Below, in pieces: positions 38,719 to 50,650 of a stretch of DNA of 64,000 nucleotides. Under the pieces are notes generated by a model. It ran no database searches and had not been told where the DNA came from. It saw only the letters and a program-made list of their open reading frames with translations. Origin of the DNA: Podarcis pityusensis (lineage: Eukaryota); assembly GCA_964106645.2 (NCBI GenBank), contig OZ067053.1, one strand, 5' to 3'. Position 1 is the stretch's first letter. Each line of letters starts with the position of its first letter. Both the position numbers and the translations under genes were made by a program.

Positions 38719-40642
38719 CACATTGATACAAACTGATGGGGAAGGATTACAGAAACCCTTTCTCTTCCTCCAAAGAGCAGTGAGATGTGAATGCTTAAAA
38801 AGAACTTTCTATGCTTTGTGCTTGCAGCTGTTGTCAAGTCAGAGGTAGATTTGCTATAGCTAGCTGTGCTTGGCCATACAGGCAGCGTAATCTACACAGA
38901 TCCCACCACTGCAGGCCACAAACAGAGAGTGAACAGACTTAAAGGAAGCTCTTTGTAGATTAGGCCACACCCTCCAAGTGCCCCCATTTTCCAGGGACAG
39001 TCCTGAATCTAGAATGCCGTCCTTGTTTCTCATTTGTTCCCTTAATCTCCCACTTTTACTTAGCATGTCTCGATTTGCACCGGAGAAATTTTGGTGCGTA
39101 TGGAGTTATTCGACTCCCAAACCATCAAAAGGCAGCCATGTATAGGCAAGTTTTTTATGTTTCATGTTTTATTATGCTTTCATATATGTTGGAAGACAGC
39201 CAGAGTTGCAACGCAGTCAGATGGGCAGGGTATAAATAGTAAAATTATTATTACGGGATCTGACTTCTCTGTTCTCATTGGAGAAATGTTGGAGGGAATG
39301 TTGACAGACAATCAGCCCCAGAGTCACATTCCCCACCTGGCAACTTTCCATGGGACCCACGTTACTGGTGGGTGGCGCCAGAGGCAAAGGTGCGATGAAT
39401 GGATATTTTACCTCTCTACTGTAGGCTCCCTGATCCTCAGGTCTGCCCTGATACCACAGCGAGTATCCAGGTTGGCCAAGCTGGGTGAGACCAACTGCAC
39501 TCTGCTCTCAGGGGCGGTTCAACTGGTTCAGTCGAATTGGGCACCATGCTACAGGGGATCCCACACCAAGGCATTGGAACAGAGAATGAGAGGTAGGGGC
39601 ATGCGCCAAACATGAGCATCGCACAGGGCGCTGCTGAAATCTGAAGGCCTCAAGTCAGTCATTTCTGCTCTCCCACCCAGGTCTCAGGGATATTGTTCTT
39701 GTCACTGTTGCAGGCTGCGTGTCTTTTCATCCTAATCTCTGCTCCTCATATGTCTGAAGGTGGCAGCAGAGACTGTGCCGTTTGAAATAACAAGAATGAA
39801 TGCTTTCTTCCCCAAGTTCATGCAATAGTTTAAAGCTCAATAGTGTTGTACAGCGGGGGTAGGGAAACTCTGGCCTTTCAGAAGTTGCTGGACTCCAACT
39901 CCCATCAGCCCCGGCCAGCAAGAGCAATAGCCTTCTGCAAAGAGCAGGCGGACCAATCAGCCCCTTTCTGTGCAGGAGGACATAGACTAGGCTGGCCAGA
40001 GTGCGCAGCTCGGTTTGTGCAGCCCTGACTAGTGGGTGTTCTTCCTCTCTTTTGAACTTCTCAATCATTTGTTTCACTGATTCATTTCATAATATTTCTA
40101 CACCACTTGATTGTATTAAAAAGAAATCCAATAAGGTTACGAAGAGATAAGAAAAGAAAATGAAGAAAAATTCACAAACTTACTTTAAACATAAGAAGCT
40201 AAAATACAAAAAGAGACTGCACTTTCTAAGACGTTTTAAGAATTTTGAGCTCTTTCCTATCCTACACAGTCCTCTGTGCATCCTGCCCATATTAGGAATA
40301 TTCCCAAGTGAGATGTTCCACACTATAAAAAGCAGTGTTCCCAGGACCCTTCCTGATAGATGTCTTACTGCAAAGAGTTCCTTCATGGCTGTCTCATCAC
40401 AATCTGGCTGAACTAAGGGCCAGTCCTACTGCTTTGAGAAATCTCCTTTATATAAATCTGCCATTGCCCCCTTTGATTAAATGTCCCATAATGCTCTGCA
40501 GGATCTCCCAATCCCAATCGAGGCAATCAATGAACACAGAAGATATTTGCATGAAGGGGCAGTTCTTCAGCTCTGGGAGATTTAAGAGAGAAGTGTGGAA
40601 GTTTCCTTCAGAAGTTCAAAGTTCTCTGGAGAGCTCACCATC

Positions 40643-41105
40643 ATGTCTTCATTTCTCTTTCTCCTTGTTCTTTTTGTTTACTGCTCAGGTAAAGCTTTGG
40701 AGAAGATCTCTTGTTCCATTGGCCAACCAAAAGCTAACTGCATTTATCATATTTACTTATTTGAGAAGACTGAAAATGTTCCTTTTTCTCAATTCTCTTA
40801 AAACAGGTGTCATCTCTCAGTCAATTTGCACTCAGCCTGCCTCTGAGTCTGTGGCGCCGGGTCAAACCATTAAACTCTCCTGTACAACTAGTGATACTGG
40901 CTCTGCTGTTCGCTGGTATCAACAGAGATCAGGGCAGGCCCCTCGCTTTGTGCAGTATGAGGGTGGCAGCAGGGGAGAAGGGATCCCGGATCGATTCACG
41001 GCTTCTCGCTCTGGGAACATTGGCTATTTAACCATCACCAACGTCCAGGCTGGAGATGAGGCCGTTTATTACTGTTGCAGATGGTATAGCAGTGCTAGTG
41101 CGTTC
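40643..41105 (+). CDS. IGLV: Ig lambda V15; leader 40643-40688, exon 40807-41105
   Basis: QSICTQP..QYEGGS..YYCCRWYSSASAF. RSS 41106-41144. Confidence 0.92.
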
Positions 41106-43691
41106 CACAGTGATGCAAACTGATGGGGAACTGAGACAAAAACCTTTCCTCTTCCACCAAAGGGCAGTGAGATGTGAATACTGAAAACCAACTTCATGTA
41201 ATCTGTGTCTACATCTGTTGTCAAGTCCATCCTACTCTGGATGGAACCAGAAGAGACAGAAAACTCTGAAGTCTCACCTCCTTTCTCACAGCAGGACCTT
41301 GGATCTGCCAGCCCAGCACACCCTCAAGTCAGCCCTTCCTTGTGGATGAAAGAGCTGCTTTGGGAAAGTCAGTCTGCAGACTTCATATCATTGCCAGATG
41401 GAAGTCTCTTTTAGAAATGTTGAGCTATAGCAGAAATGCCACCTGCTGACTGCTAGGTCAGTCTTCATTGAGCATATTATAATGATATTATTATTATTTA
41501 CTGAACATTATTATTATTATTATTATTATTATTACAGGCTCAGGTTCTATATATGTGTAAATAAACCATATATCATAAAGACACCACAATCTCTAATGCG
41601 CCATATTCCCAAAGGAAAGACGAACCCAGGGAAACGCCTGGAACCCCTGGAACCTCCCACCACTTGGAGATTGGGGTGGTGTGCAGAAGTAGGCTTTGTA
41701 CCTGCAGTTGCTGTCAAGCCAAACTTCCTCTGCCTCAAACTTGTAAGAGAAAAGAACACATCTGAAGTCCCTCCTCCTCCTGCAGAGCAGGACCCTGGAC
41801 CTCCCAACCCAGCCCTCATTCCTATCCACACCCGGAGTGCCAGGCTTCCGCAGATTCCTAGGTCTTGTCCACATCTCTGCTTGTCCAATTTCTGGAAAGC
41901 ACAGCTATAAGGACTTTTACGCTTTGCTCCTGCTTTCTAGACAGGAGTCTGGCTGGTTTTGCCTTTGCCCTGCTGCTTTCCCCTGGAAAACCTGCTCTTC
42001 AACCCTAAATCGGAAAAACCAGCAATCTGCAAAAAATCTGATTGCTGTTAGGTGCCATTCAGAAGTAAATCTGATTGCCAGACCTTCCAAGTGTCCCTAT
42101 TTTCCAGGGTCAGTCCAGAATCTACAAAAGCCGTCCTGGTTTCTGATTTGATCCCAGAAAGTCCCACTTTTCCTTAGATCGTCCCAATTTCAATCTGAGA
42201 AATGTTGGCGGGTATGGAGTTATTGAACCCAGAAGCCATTTGAAGACAGCCCTGTAGAGCCATGTTTTTAATGTTTAATGTTTTATTATGCTTTTATATG
42301 TCTTGGATGCCACCCAGAGTGGCACCCCAGTCAGATGGGCAGGGTATAAAGAGTTAAATTATAGGATAGGAGTTCCCGATTTTCATTGGAGAAATGTTGG
42401 TATGTACGTTGACAGGCATCTGCCCGAGAGTCATATTTCCCCACCTGGTAACTTTCCATGGGTCCCATGTCACAGGTGGGTGGGGCAGAGGCAAAGGTGC
42501 CATGAACGGATATTTTACCTCTCTGTTGTAGTCTAGTCCCCCCAACACTCACTATCCCCCATCCATGAAATGAGAGGCATCAGCGGAATGCTAGGGCACA
42601 TCCTTGCCAGGCAGAAACCCTTGGGGTGCAAACAGAGCCAGTGGAAGGTGTGGCTAGAGGAGAGTGGGTGTGGCCTAGAGCAGTGGCAGAGTGTGTGTGG
42701 GGGGGAATGGGGTGCTTGCCCCAGACACAAAATTGTAAGGGGCACAAAAAATTGTACACTTGGTGCTACCTCAATACAACTGCACACTTCCGTAATGTGC
42801 TCCCTTGAAAAAAGGTTCTCCATGTGAAGTTGACCTCTCCAAACAATGGAGCGACTCTTATTTTCTTGTCTCTTTGACTGCAATGTCCTGGGTGATGCAG
42901 AGGCTGCTAGGCATTTGAATGTACATGCGTACTTTATCCGTTTCCCTCCCAGCCCCCCTGCATTTGGCCCCGGGCGCTGCAACCCACGCTACACCACTGG
43001 CCTAGAGGGCCAGACAGAGACACATTGCTCTTTCAGCTTGAGGTTCCTCACCTTGTTGCAGATTGATGAGCTGCTTCCACAAGTGACTAATGCTGACAGG
43101 TGCTGTCGATGGCTTCTGGCTAATTGCCCAGGAAATCAGAGAGGCAGAGAAAAAGCCAGCTTTCCAGTGACGTCCTTTGTGATGTAAAGATTAGACACTC
43201 TCCCTGCTTCTCGTCTTCCATTGTTTTTCATAGTTGTGGCACCTCAGGAGCTCTAGGTCCACTCTCCCCTCAACTGGGCAGAGAGTCAGGGGAGAGGGAG
43301 AGGGGAGGGGGAAAAATCTCTATAGGCTACTCGATCTTCTGCACCCTGACCCTCAAGTCTGCCTTGATACTGTACCGAGTACCCAGATGGGATCAGCTGG
43401 GTGAGACCAAATCCACTCTGCTCTCAGAGGTGCTTCAACTGGTTTGGCCTAATTGGGCACCGTGCCATAGGAGGTGCCACACCAATGCTGTAGAACGAAG
43501 GATGAGAGGTGGGGGCATGCGCCAAATTTTAGCATCGCACAAGGCGCTGCTGGAATCTGAGAGCCCAAAGTACGCCACTTCTGTTGTCCCAATCAGGTCT
43601 CAGTGATACCGTTCTTGTCACTGTTGCAGGCTGCGTGTCTTTTCATCACAATCTCTGCTCCTCACATGTCAGAAAGTGGCAGCAGAAACCT

Positions 43692-43764
43692 CAAGGGAGG
43701 GGGGACTTGAACCACCTCTAACCAGTTTCAAGCCAGTCACACATCCTCTTATGTTTCTCCCCTT
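43692..43764 (-). tRNA. trnS: mt tRNA-Ser(UCN), NUMT copy
   Basis: Minus-strand anticodon TGA; lies between the COX1 end and trnD. Confidence 0.85.
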
Positions 43765-43766
43765 AT

Positions 43767-43836
43767 AAGGTTCTAGTAAAACAATTACATAGCTCTGTCA
43801 GTACCAAATTACAGGCCACAAAACCTGTGAACCTTA
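43767..43836 (+). tRNA. trnD: mt tRNA-Asp, NUMT copy
   Basis: AAGGTTC..GAACCTT acceptor stem, GTC anticodon, directly before COX2. Confidence 0.85.
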
Positions 43837-44524
43837 GTGGCACACCCAGCACAATTAGGCTTCCAAAATGCAGCCTCCCCCATTATAGAAGAGCTTCTTC
43901 ATTTTCATGATCATGCACTAATAATTGTTTTTTTAATTAGTGCTCTAGTACTATATATTATTAGCTTAATACTATCAACAAAACTTACACATACCAATTC
44001 AATAGATGCCCAAGAAGTTGAAATAATTTGAACCATCCTTCCTGCAATTATTCTCATCTTAATTGCTCTTCCATCCCTCCAAATTCTTTATTTAATAGAC
44101 AAAATTAATAATCCCCATCTAACTATTAAAGCTATTGGCCACCAATGATATTGAAGCTATGAATATACTGACTACGAAAGCCTGCTATTCGACTCTTATA
44201 TAATCCCAACATGTGATCTAAGTCCTGGAAGTTTTCGCCTATTAGAAGTAGACCACCGAGTTGTAATTCCGATAGAATCCCCAATTCGAATCTTAATCTC
44301 AGCAGAAGACGTTCTACACTCATGAGCTGTCCCAGCACTTGGCATTAAAACAGACGCAGTCCCAGGTCGATTAAACCAAACCACTTTAATTACCTCCCAC
44401 CCTGGTCTATTTTACGGCCAATGCTCAGAGATTTGTGGATCAAATCACAGCTTCATACCCATTGTTGTAGAGTCAACACCATTAAAACACTTCGAAGCAT
44501 GATCTAAAACAATAGTTTCTTCAT
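43837..44524 (+). pseudogene. COX2: Cytochrome c oxidase subunit II, NUMT copy
   Basis: [39 protein letters not shown]. 688 bp ending in an incomplete T stop. Confidence 0.96.
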
Positions 44525-44589
44525 CACTAAGAAGCTAACTTACAGCACTAGCCTTTTAAGCTAGAGAGGGAAACAATTTCCCTTAGTGA
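44525..44589 (+). tRNA. trnK: mt tRNA-Lys, NUMT copy
   Basis: CACTAAG...CTTAGTG stem, TTT anticodon. Confidence 0.88.
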
Positions 44590-44590
44590 C

Positions 44591-44751
44591 ATGCCTCAAC
44601 TTAACCCCGCCCCTTGATTCATAATATTTGTATTAGTATGAACAACCCTCATTATATTTTTTACAAAAATTATTAATACTAATTCCCACCTTTCAACCCA
44701 ACAATATAAAAAACAATCCAACAACCACTACTGAACCTGACCATGACCTAA
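44591..44751 (+). pseudogene. ATP8: ATP synthase F0 subunit 8, NUMT copy
   Basis: MPQLNPAPW...WTWPW. An apparent 1-bp deletion lies in the ATP8/ATP6 overlap. Confidence 0.9.
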
Positions 44752-44890
44752 GTTTTTTTGATCAGTTTGCAATTCCCAATATGCTAGGAGTCCCCCTTAT
44801 TATCCCAGCTTTATTCTTTCCATTAATTATTTGATTTTCAACCGACTGCCTTATCCAAAACTGCTACTCAATCATTCAGTCTTCACTGCC
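44743..44890 (+). pseudogene. ATP6: ATP synthase F0 subunit 6, 5' fragment, NUMT
   Basis: ..SFFDQFAIPNMLGVPLI.. after correcting one frameshift. Truncated at the V junction. Confidence 0.85.
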
Positions 44891-45082
44891 TGGTTTCAAC
44901 AGAGATCAGGGCAGGCCCCTCGCTTTGTGCAGTATGAGGGTGGCAGCAGGGGAGAAGGGATCCCAGATCGATTTACTGCTTCTCGCTCTGGGACCATGGG
45001 CTATTTAACCATCACCAACGTCCAGGCTGGAGATGAGGCCGTTTATTACTGTTGCAGATATTATAGCAGTGCTAGTGCGTTC
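44891..45082 (+). pseudogene. IGLV: Ig lambda V16, 5'-truncated (FR2 to CDR3 only)
   Basis: Starts abruptly at WFQQRSGQAP, joined to mtDNA. Perfect RSS 45083-45121. Confidence 0.92.
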
Positions 45083-45637
45083 CACAGTGATGCAAACTGA
45101 TGGGGAACTGAGACAAAAACCTTTCCTCTTCCACCAAAGAGCAGTGAGATGTGAATGCTTAAGAAGAACTTCCTATGCTTTGTGCTTGCAGCTGTTTTCA
45201 AGTCATGGGCAGATTTGCTTTAACTGGCCATGACTGACCATACAGACAACTTAATCCACACAGATGCTGCCACTGCAGGGAACAAACAGAGAGTGAACAG
45301 ACCCAAAGCAAGTTTTTGTTCGATCAGGCCAGACGCTCCAAGTGTCCCTATTTTGCAGTGTCAGTACTGAATCTAGAAAAGCCGTCCTGGTTTCTGAATT
45401 GATCCTGAAAGTCCCACTTTTCCTTAGATCGTTCCAATTTCCATATGAAAAATGTTGGAAGGTATGGAGTTATTGAACCCACTAGCCATTTGAAGACAGC
45501 CCTGTATAGCCAAGTTTTTAATGCTTAATGTTTTATTATGCTTTTGTATATGTTGGATGCCACCCAGAGGGGCACCCCAGTCAGATATGCAGCATATAAA
45601 GAGTTAAATTATTATTATGGGATAGGAGGTCCCGATT

Positions 45638-45671
45638 TTCATGATCAAGGTGTCTCCCCTGCCAGGTAAGT
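45638..45671 (-). ncRNA. RNU1: U1 snRNA 5'-end fragment (retrocopy, antisense to the adjoining L1)
   Basis: Reverse complement ACTTACCTGGCAGGGGAGACACCTTGATCATGAA matches my recalled human U1 nt 3-36 at 31/34. Confidence 0.88.
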
Positions 45672-47823
45672 GGTTACGGAAGAATTTAAGATAGAAAAAG
45701 GGACACGACAGGGGTGCCCAATTTCCGCATTGCTTTTTATATCGGTCCTGGAGGTTCTGCTAAACATGATTAGAAAGGACCGGTTGGTTAAAGGTATACA
45801 GGTCGGAGCTAAACAGTACAAACTGAGAGCATTTGCAGATGACTTAGTATTGACGTTACAGGAGCCAGAATCTAGCACTAAAAGAGTTTTAGAATTAATT
45901 CAAGAATTTGGTCAGGTGGCAGGCTTTAAATTGAACAAGCTAAAAACTAAGGTTTTAGAGAAAAATTTAACACCGATTGAAAGAGAGAGGTTTCAGAATG
46001 AGACAGGATTGACTGTGGTAAAGAAAGTGAAATACCTGGGGATTAATATGACAGCCAAAAATGGGAACTTATTTAAAGATAACTATGAAAAATGTTGGAC
46101 TGAAGTGAAAAAAGATTTAGAAATCTGGTCAAATTTGAAACTCTCGCTGCTGGGCCGTATTGCTGTGATAAAGATGAATGTATTGCCTAGAATGTTGTTT
46201 TTGTTTCAGACATTACAAATTGTAGATAAGATGGACTGTTTCAAGAAGTGGCAGAGAGATATTTCTAGATTTGTCTGGCAGGGCAAGAAGCCCAGAATAA
46301 AATTTAAGATATTAACTGATGCCAAGGAAAGAGGTGGATTTGCCCTGCCAGACCTTAAACTTTATTATGAATCAGCAGCTTTTTGCTGGCTGAAAGAATG
46401 GCTACTTCTTGAAAACACAGACATTTTGGATTTAGAAGGTTTTAACAATGTATTTGGATGGCATGCATACTTATGGTATGATAAGGTCAAAGCACACAAA
46501 GCATTTAAAAACCATATTGTCAGGAAAGCATTGTTTAATGTTTGGATAAGATATAAAGATTTATTGGAAAATAAAACCCCAAGGTGGCTGTCACCAATGG
46601 AAGCAAAAGCTCTGAAAAGGCTCAATATGGAGGCCAAATGGCCGACATATTGGGAAATTTTGGAACAAGAAGGAGATAAATTGAGATTGCAGAGTTTCGA
46701 AAAACTAAAAAACAAGGTGAGAGATTGGCTTCATTATTATCAGATAATGGAGGCATATAATTTGGATAAGAAAATAGGCTTCCAGGTGGAAAAGTCAAAA
46801 TTAGAGACAGAACTGCTAGAACCCAAAACTAAGAATCTGTCAAGAATGTATAACTTGCTGTTGAAATGGAATACTCAGGATGAAACGGTGAAATCTGCTA
46901 TGATTAAATGGGCACAAGATGTTGGACATAATATTATGTTTGCTGACTGGGAACAGGTATGATGTTTACGGCATGTAACGCCTTAAGAGAGAATATTATG
47001 AAAATGATATACAGGTGGTACATGACCCCAGTCAAGCTTGCAAAAATCTATCATTTGCCTGATAACAAATGTTGGAAATGTAAAGAGACTGAGGGTACAT
47101 TCTTTCACCTTTGGTGGACATGCCCAAAGATTAAGGCTTTCTGGGAATTGATATATAATGAACTGAAAAAGGTATTTAAATATACCTTTCTGAAGAAACC
47201 AGAGGCCTTTCTTCTGGGCATTGTCGGCCAATTGGTGCCAAAGAAGGATAGAACCTTTTTTATGTATGCTATAACAGCAGCAAGAATACTCATCGCAAAG
47301 TATTGGAAGACACAAGATCTACCCACTCTGGAAGAATGGCAGATGAAGGTGATTGACTACATGGAACTGGCGGAAATGACTGGCAGAATCCGAGACCAGA
47401 GAGAAGAGTCGGTGAAAGAAGACTGGAAGAAATTTAAAGACTATTTACAGAAATATTGTAAAATTAAGGAATTTTAGAAGGATGTTGGATAGAAACTAAG
47501 AGGTTTTTAGCTGTAATACTTTAAGAGATATGAAAAAAGGTTTGCAACTGGGTAATTTTAATGGTAAGGATTTGCTGAACTAACAAATTGAACTGGAATA
47601 CAAAAAAGGGAGGTATGAGGAGGTCCGGGGAAATAAGTATAGGGAAGATAGGTTATGGAAAATTAATGTCTTTTTAACTGTTTATTTGGTATGTTTCTTT
47701 TTATTTTCTTTTTTTCTTTTTTTGGTCATATTTTTTTTTAAAAAAACTTTATTCTTTTTCTTTTTGTATTCTGTATTTTTTGTATTTTTTGAAACTTTAA
47801 TAAATATTATTATTTTTTTAAAA
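45643..47823 (+). mobile_element. 5'-truncated L1 LINE (ORF2 RT, C-terminal zinc knuckle, 3' UTR)
   Basis: GTRQGCPIS, AFADDL, KYLGI, CWKC..HLWWTC. Frameshift near 46957. 19-bp TSD AGGAGGTCCCGATTTTCAT (45624-45642, 47824-47842). Empty sites near 21298 and 42368. Confidence 0.95.
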
Positions 47824-49744
47824 AGGAGGTCCCGATTTTCATTGGAGAAATGTTGGAGGGTACATTGACAAGCATCTGCCTGAGGGTCACATTCCCCACC
47901 TGGTAACTTTCCATGGGACCCACATTACTGGTGGGTGGGGCCAGAGGCAAAGGTGCAATGAATTGATATTTCACCTCTCTACGTAGGCTAGTTTTCCCCA
48001 CACTCCCTATCCCCCATTCAGGAAAGCGAGAGGCATCAACGGAATGCGAGGGAACAAACCGAGGCAGTGGAAGGTGTGGCTAGAGGAGAGTGGGTGTGGC
48101 CTAGAGCAGTGGCAAAGTGTGTGTGGGGGGGGAATGGGGTGCTTTTCCCACACACAAAGTTGTTAGGGGCACAAAATTTGTACACTTGGTGCTGCCACAA
48201 TACAGCTGCATACTTCCTTCACTGTGCTCGCTTGAAAACAGGTTCTCCATGTGAAGCTGAGCTCTCCAGACAATGGTGCGACACTCTTGTCTCTTTGGTT
48301 GCAATCTCCTGGGTGATGCAGAGGCCACTAGGCAGGTGAATGTGCATGCGTACTTTGTCCGTTTCCCTCCCACCCACCATCGCTCTTCACGCTGGCCGCT
48401 GCAACCCATGCTACACCACTGGCCTAGAGGGCCAAACTGAGTCACTCTCAGACACATTGCTCTCCGAGCTTGAGGCTCCTCACCTTGTTGCATATTGATG
48501 AGCTGCTTCCGGTGTTGTCAACAGCTTCTGGCTAATTGCCCAGGAAATCAGAGAGGAAGAGAAAGAGTGCGCTTTCTAGTGACGTCCTGTGTGATGCAAA
48601 AAATCAGGCACTCTCCCTGCCTCTCGTCTTCCATTGTGTTTCTTAGTTGTGGCACCTCAGGAGCTCTAGATCCAATGCCCGCCCCCTTCAACTGGACAGA
48701 GAGTCAGGGGAGAGAGGGAGGGAGGGAGGGAGGGAGGGAGGGAGGGAGAGAGAGAGAGGGGGGGGGAGAGAGAATGTCTGTAGGATACAAAAACTCCTGC
48801 TCCCTGACCCTCATGTCTGCCCTGATCCTACACCGAGTAACCAAGTGGACTCAGATGGGTGAGACCAACTCCCCTCTGCTTTCAGAGGTGGTTCAACTGA
48901 TTTGGCCAAATTGGAAACCGTGTGACACGGGGTGCCACACCAATGCTGTAGAATGGGGCATGAGACGTGGGAGCATGTGTCCAATTTTAGCATCGCACAA
49001 GGCGCTGCTGAATTCTGGGCGCCCAAAGACTGCCATTTCTGCCCTCCCACGAAGGTCTCAGGGATACCGTTCTTGTCACTCTTGCTGGCTGCATGCCTTT
49101 TCATCACCATCTCTGCTCCTCATATGTCAGAAGGTGGCAGCAGAGACTGTGCTACGTGAAATACTGAGAATGAATGTTTTCTTCACCAAGTTTACGCAAC
49201 AATTCAAAGCTTAATAGTTTTGTACAGTGGGGGTATGCAAACCCTGGCTGTCCTAGGTTGTCCATGTTAGAAAAAGATAAGACAAAACAAGAAAAATTCA
49301 CAACCTTACTTTAAACTATATAAAGTTAAGATACAAAGACAGACTGAACTTGGTAAGACATTCTGAGAATTATGAATTTTTTTCATTCCTACACAGTCCT
49401 CTGTCTCTCCAGCCCATGTTAGGAATGGACCCAAGTGAGATGTTCCACTCTATAAAAAACAGTGTTTCCAGGACCCTTCCTGAAAGATGTCTCACTCATG
49501 ACATCCTGGCTGAACTATGGGCCAGTCCTGCTGCTTTGAATAATCTCCTTTATGCAAATCTGCCCTTGGGCTCTTTGATTGAATGTCCCATAATGCTCTG
49601 CAGGATCTCCAAACCCCAATAGAGGCAACTGATGATCACAGAAGATATTTGCATGAATGGGCAGCTCTTCAGCTCCGGGGGATTTAAGAGAGGAGTGAGG
49701 AAGTTTCCTATAGAAGTTGAAACTCCTCTGGAGAGCTCACCATC

Positions 49745-50208
49745 ATGTCTTCATTTCTCTTTCTCTTTGCTCTTTTTATTTACTGCTCAGGTAAAGCTGT
49801 GGAGAAGATCTCATGTTCCATTGGCCAACCAAAAGCTAACTGCATTTATCATTTTTATTTATTTGAGAGCACTAAAAATGTTCCCCTTTCTCCATATTTT
49901 TTTAAACAGGGGTCACCTGCCAGTCAATTTGCACTCAGCCTGCCTCTGAGTCTGTGTCGCCGGGTCAAACCATTAAACTCTCCTGTACTACTAGTGATAC
50001 TGGCTCCTACATTGGCTGGTATCAACAGAGATCAGGGCAGGCCCCTCGCTTTGTGCACTGTGAAACTGGCAGCAGGGGAGAAGGGATCCCGGATCGATTC
50101 ACGGCTTCTCGCTCTGGGAACATTGGCTATTTAACCATCACCAACGTCCAGGCTGGAGATGAGGCCGTTTATTACTGTGGCAGATGGTATAGCAGTGCTA
50201 GTGCGTTC
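49745..50208 (+). CDS. IGLV: Ig lambda V17; leader 49745-49790, exon 49910-50208
   Basis: QSICTQP..HCETGS..YYCGRWYSSASAF. RSS 50209-50247 with nonamer ACAGAAACC. Confidence 0.92.
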
Positions 50209-50650
50209 CACAGTGATGCAAACTGATGGGGAACTGAGACAGAAACCTTTCCTCTTCCACCAAAGGGCAGTGAGATGTGAATACCAAAAACAAACATCAT
50301 CTAATCTGTGTCTACATCTGTTGTCAAGCCCATCCTACTCTGGATGGAACCAGAAGAGACAGAAAACTCTGCAGTCCCACCTCCTTCCTCACAGCAGGAC
50401 CTTGGAGCTGCCAGCCCAGCACACCCTCAAGTCAGCCCTTCCCAGTGGATGAAAGATCTGCTTTGGGAAAGTCAGGCTGTAGATTTCATATCATTGCAAA
50501 ATAGGAGTCTGTTTTAGGAATTGTGAGCTATAGCAGAAATGTCACCTGTGGATTGCTAGGTTGGTCTTCACTGAGCATATTATAATATCATTATTATTTA
50601 CTAAGCATTATCATTATGATTACTATTATTACAGGCTCAGGTTGTATATA

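Larger units (their letters stand above)
43686..44890 (+). other. NUMT (nuclear mitochondrial insertion): COX1 end-trnS-trnD-COX2-trnK-ATP8-partial ATP6
   Basis: Canonical vertebrate mitochondrial gene order. TGA (Trp) codons break the nuclear-code ORFs. Confidence 0.96.

Noticed and set aside
40335-41123. 262-aa ORF ending in a V domain (also 26614-27207, 35055-35648, 10281-10787)
   Set aside because: Chance read-through of promoter and intron into the V exon. The real structure is a spliced leader plus V exon.
43670-43700. Cryptic heptamer (GACTGTG in paralogs) near the left NUMT breakpoint, suggesting RAG cleavage
   Set aside because: No nonamer at 12 or 23 spacing, and the breakpoint is not at the heptamer edge.
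44831-45100. Apparent ATP6-V fusion ORF
   Set aside because: Starts at TTG, is not in the ATP6 frame, and has no leader or promoter.
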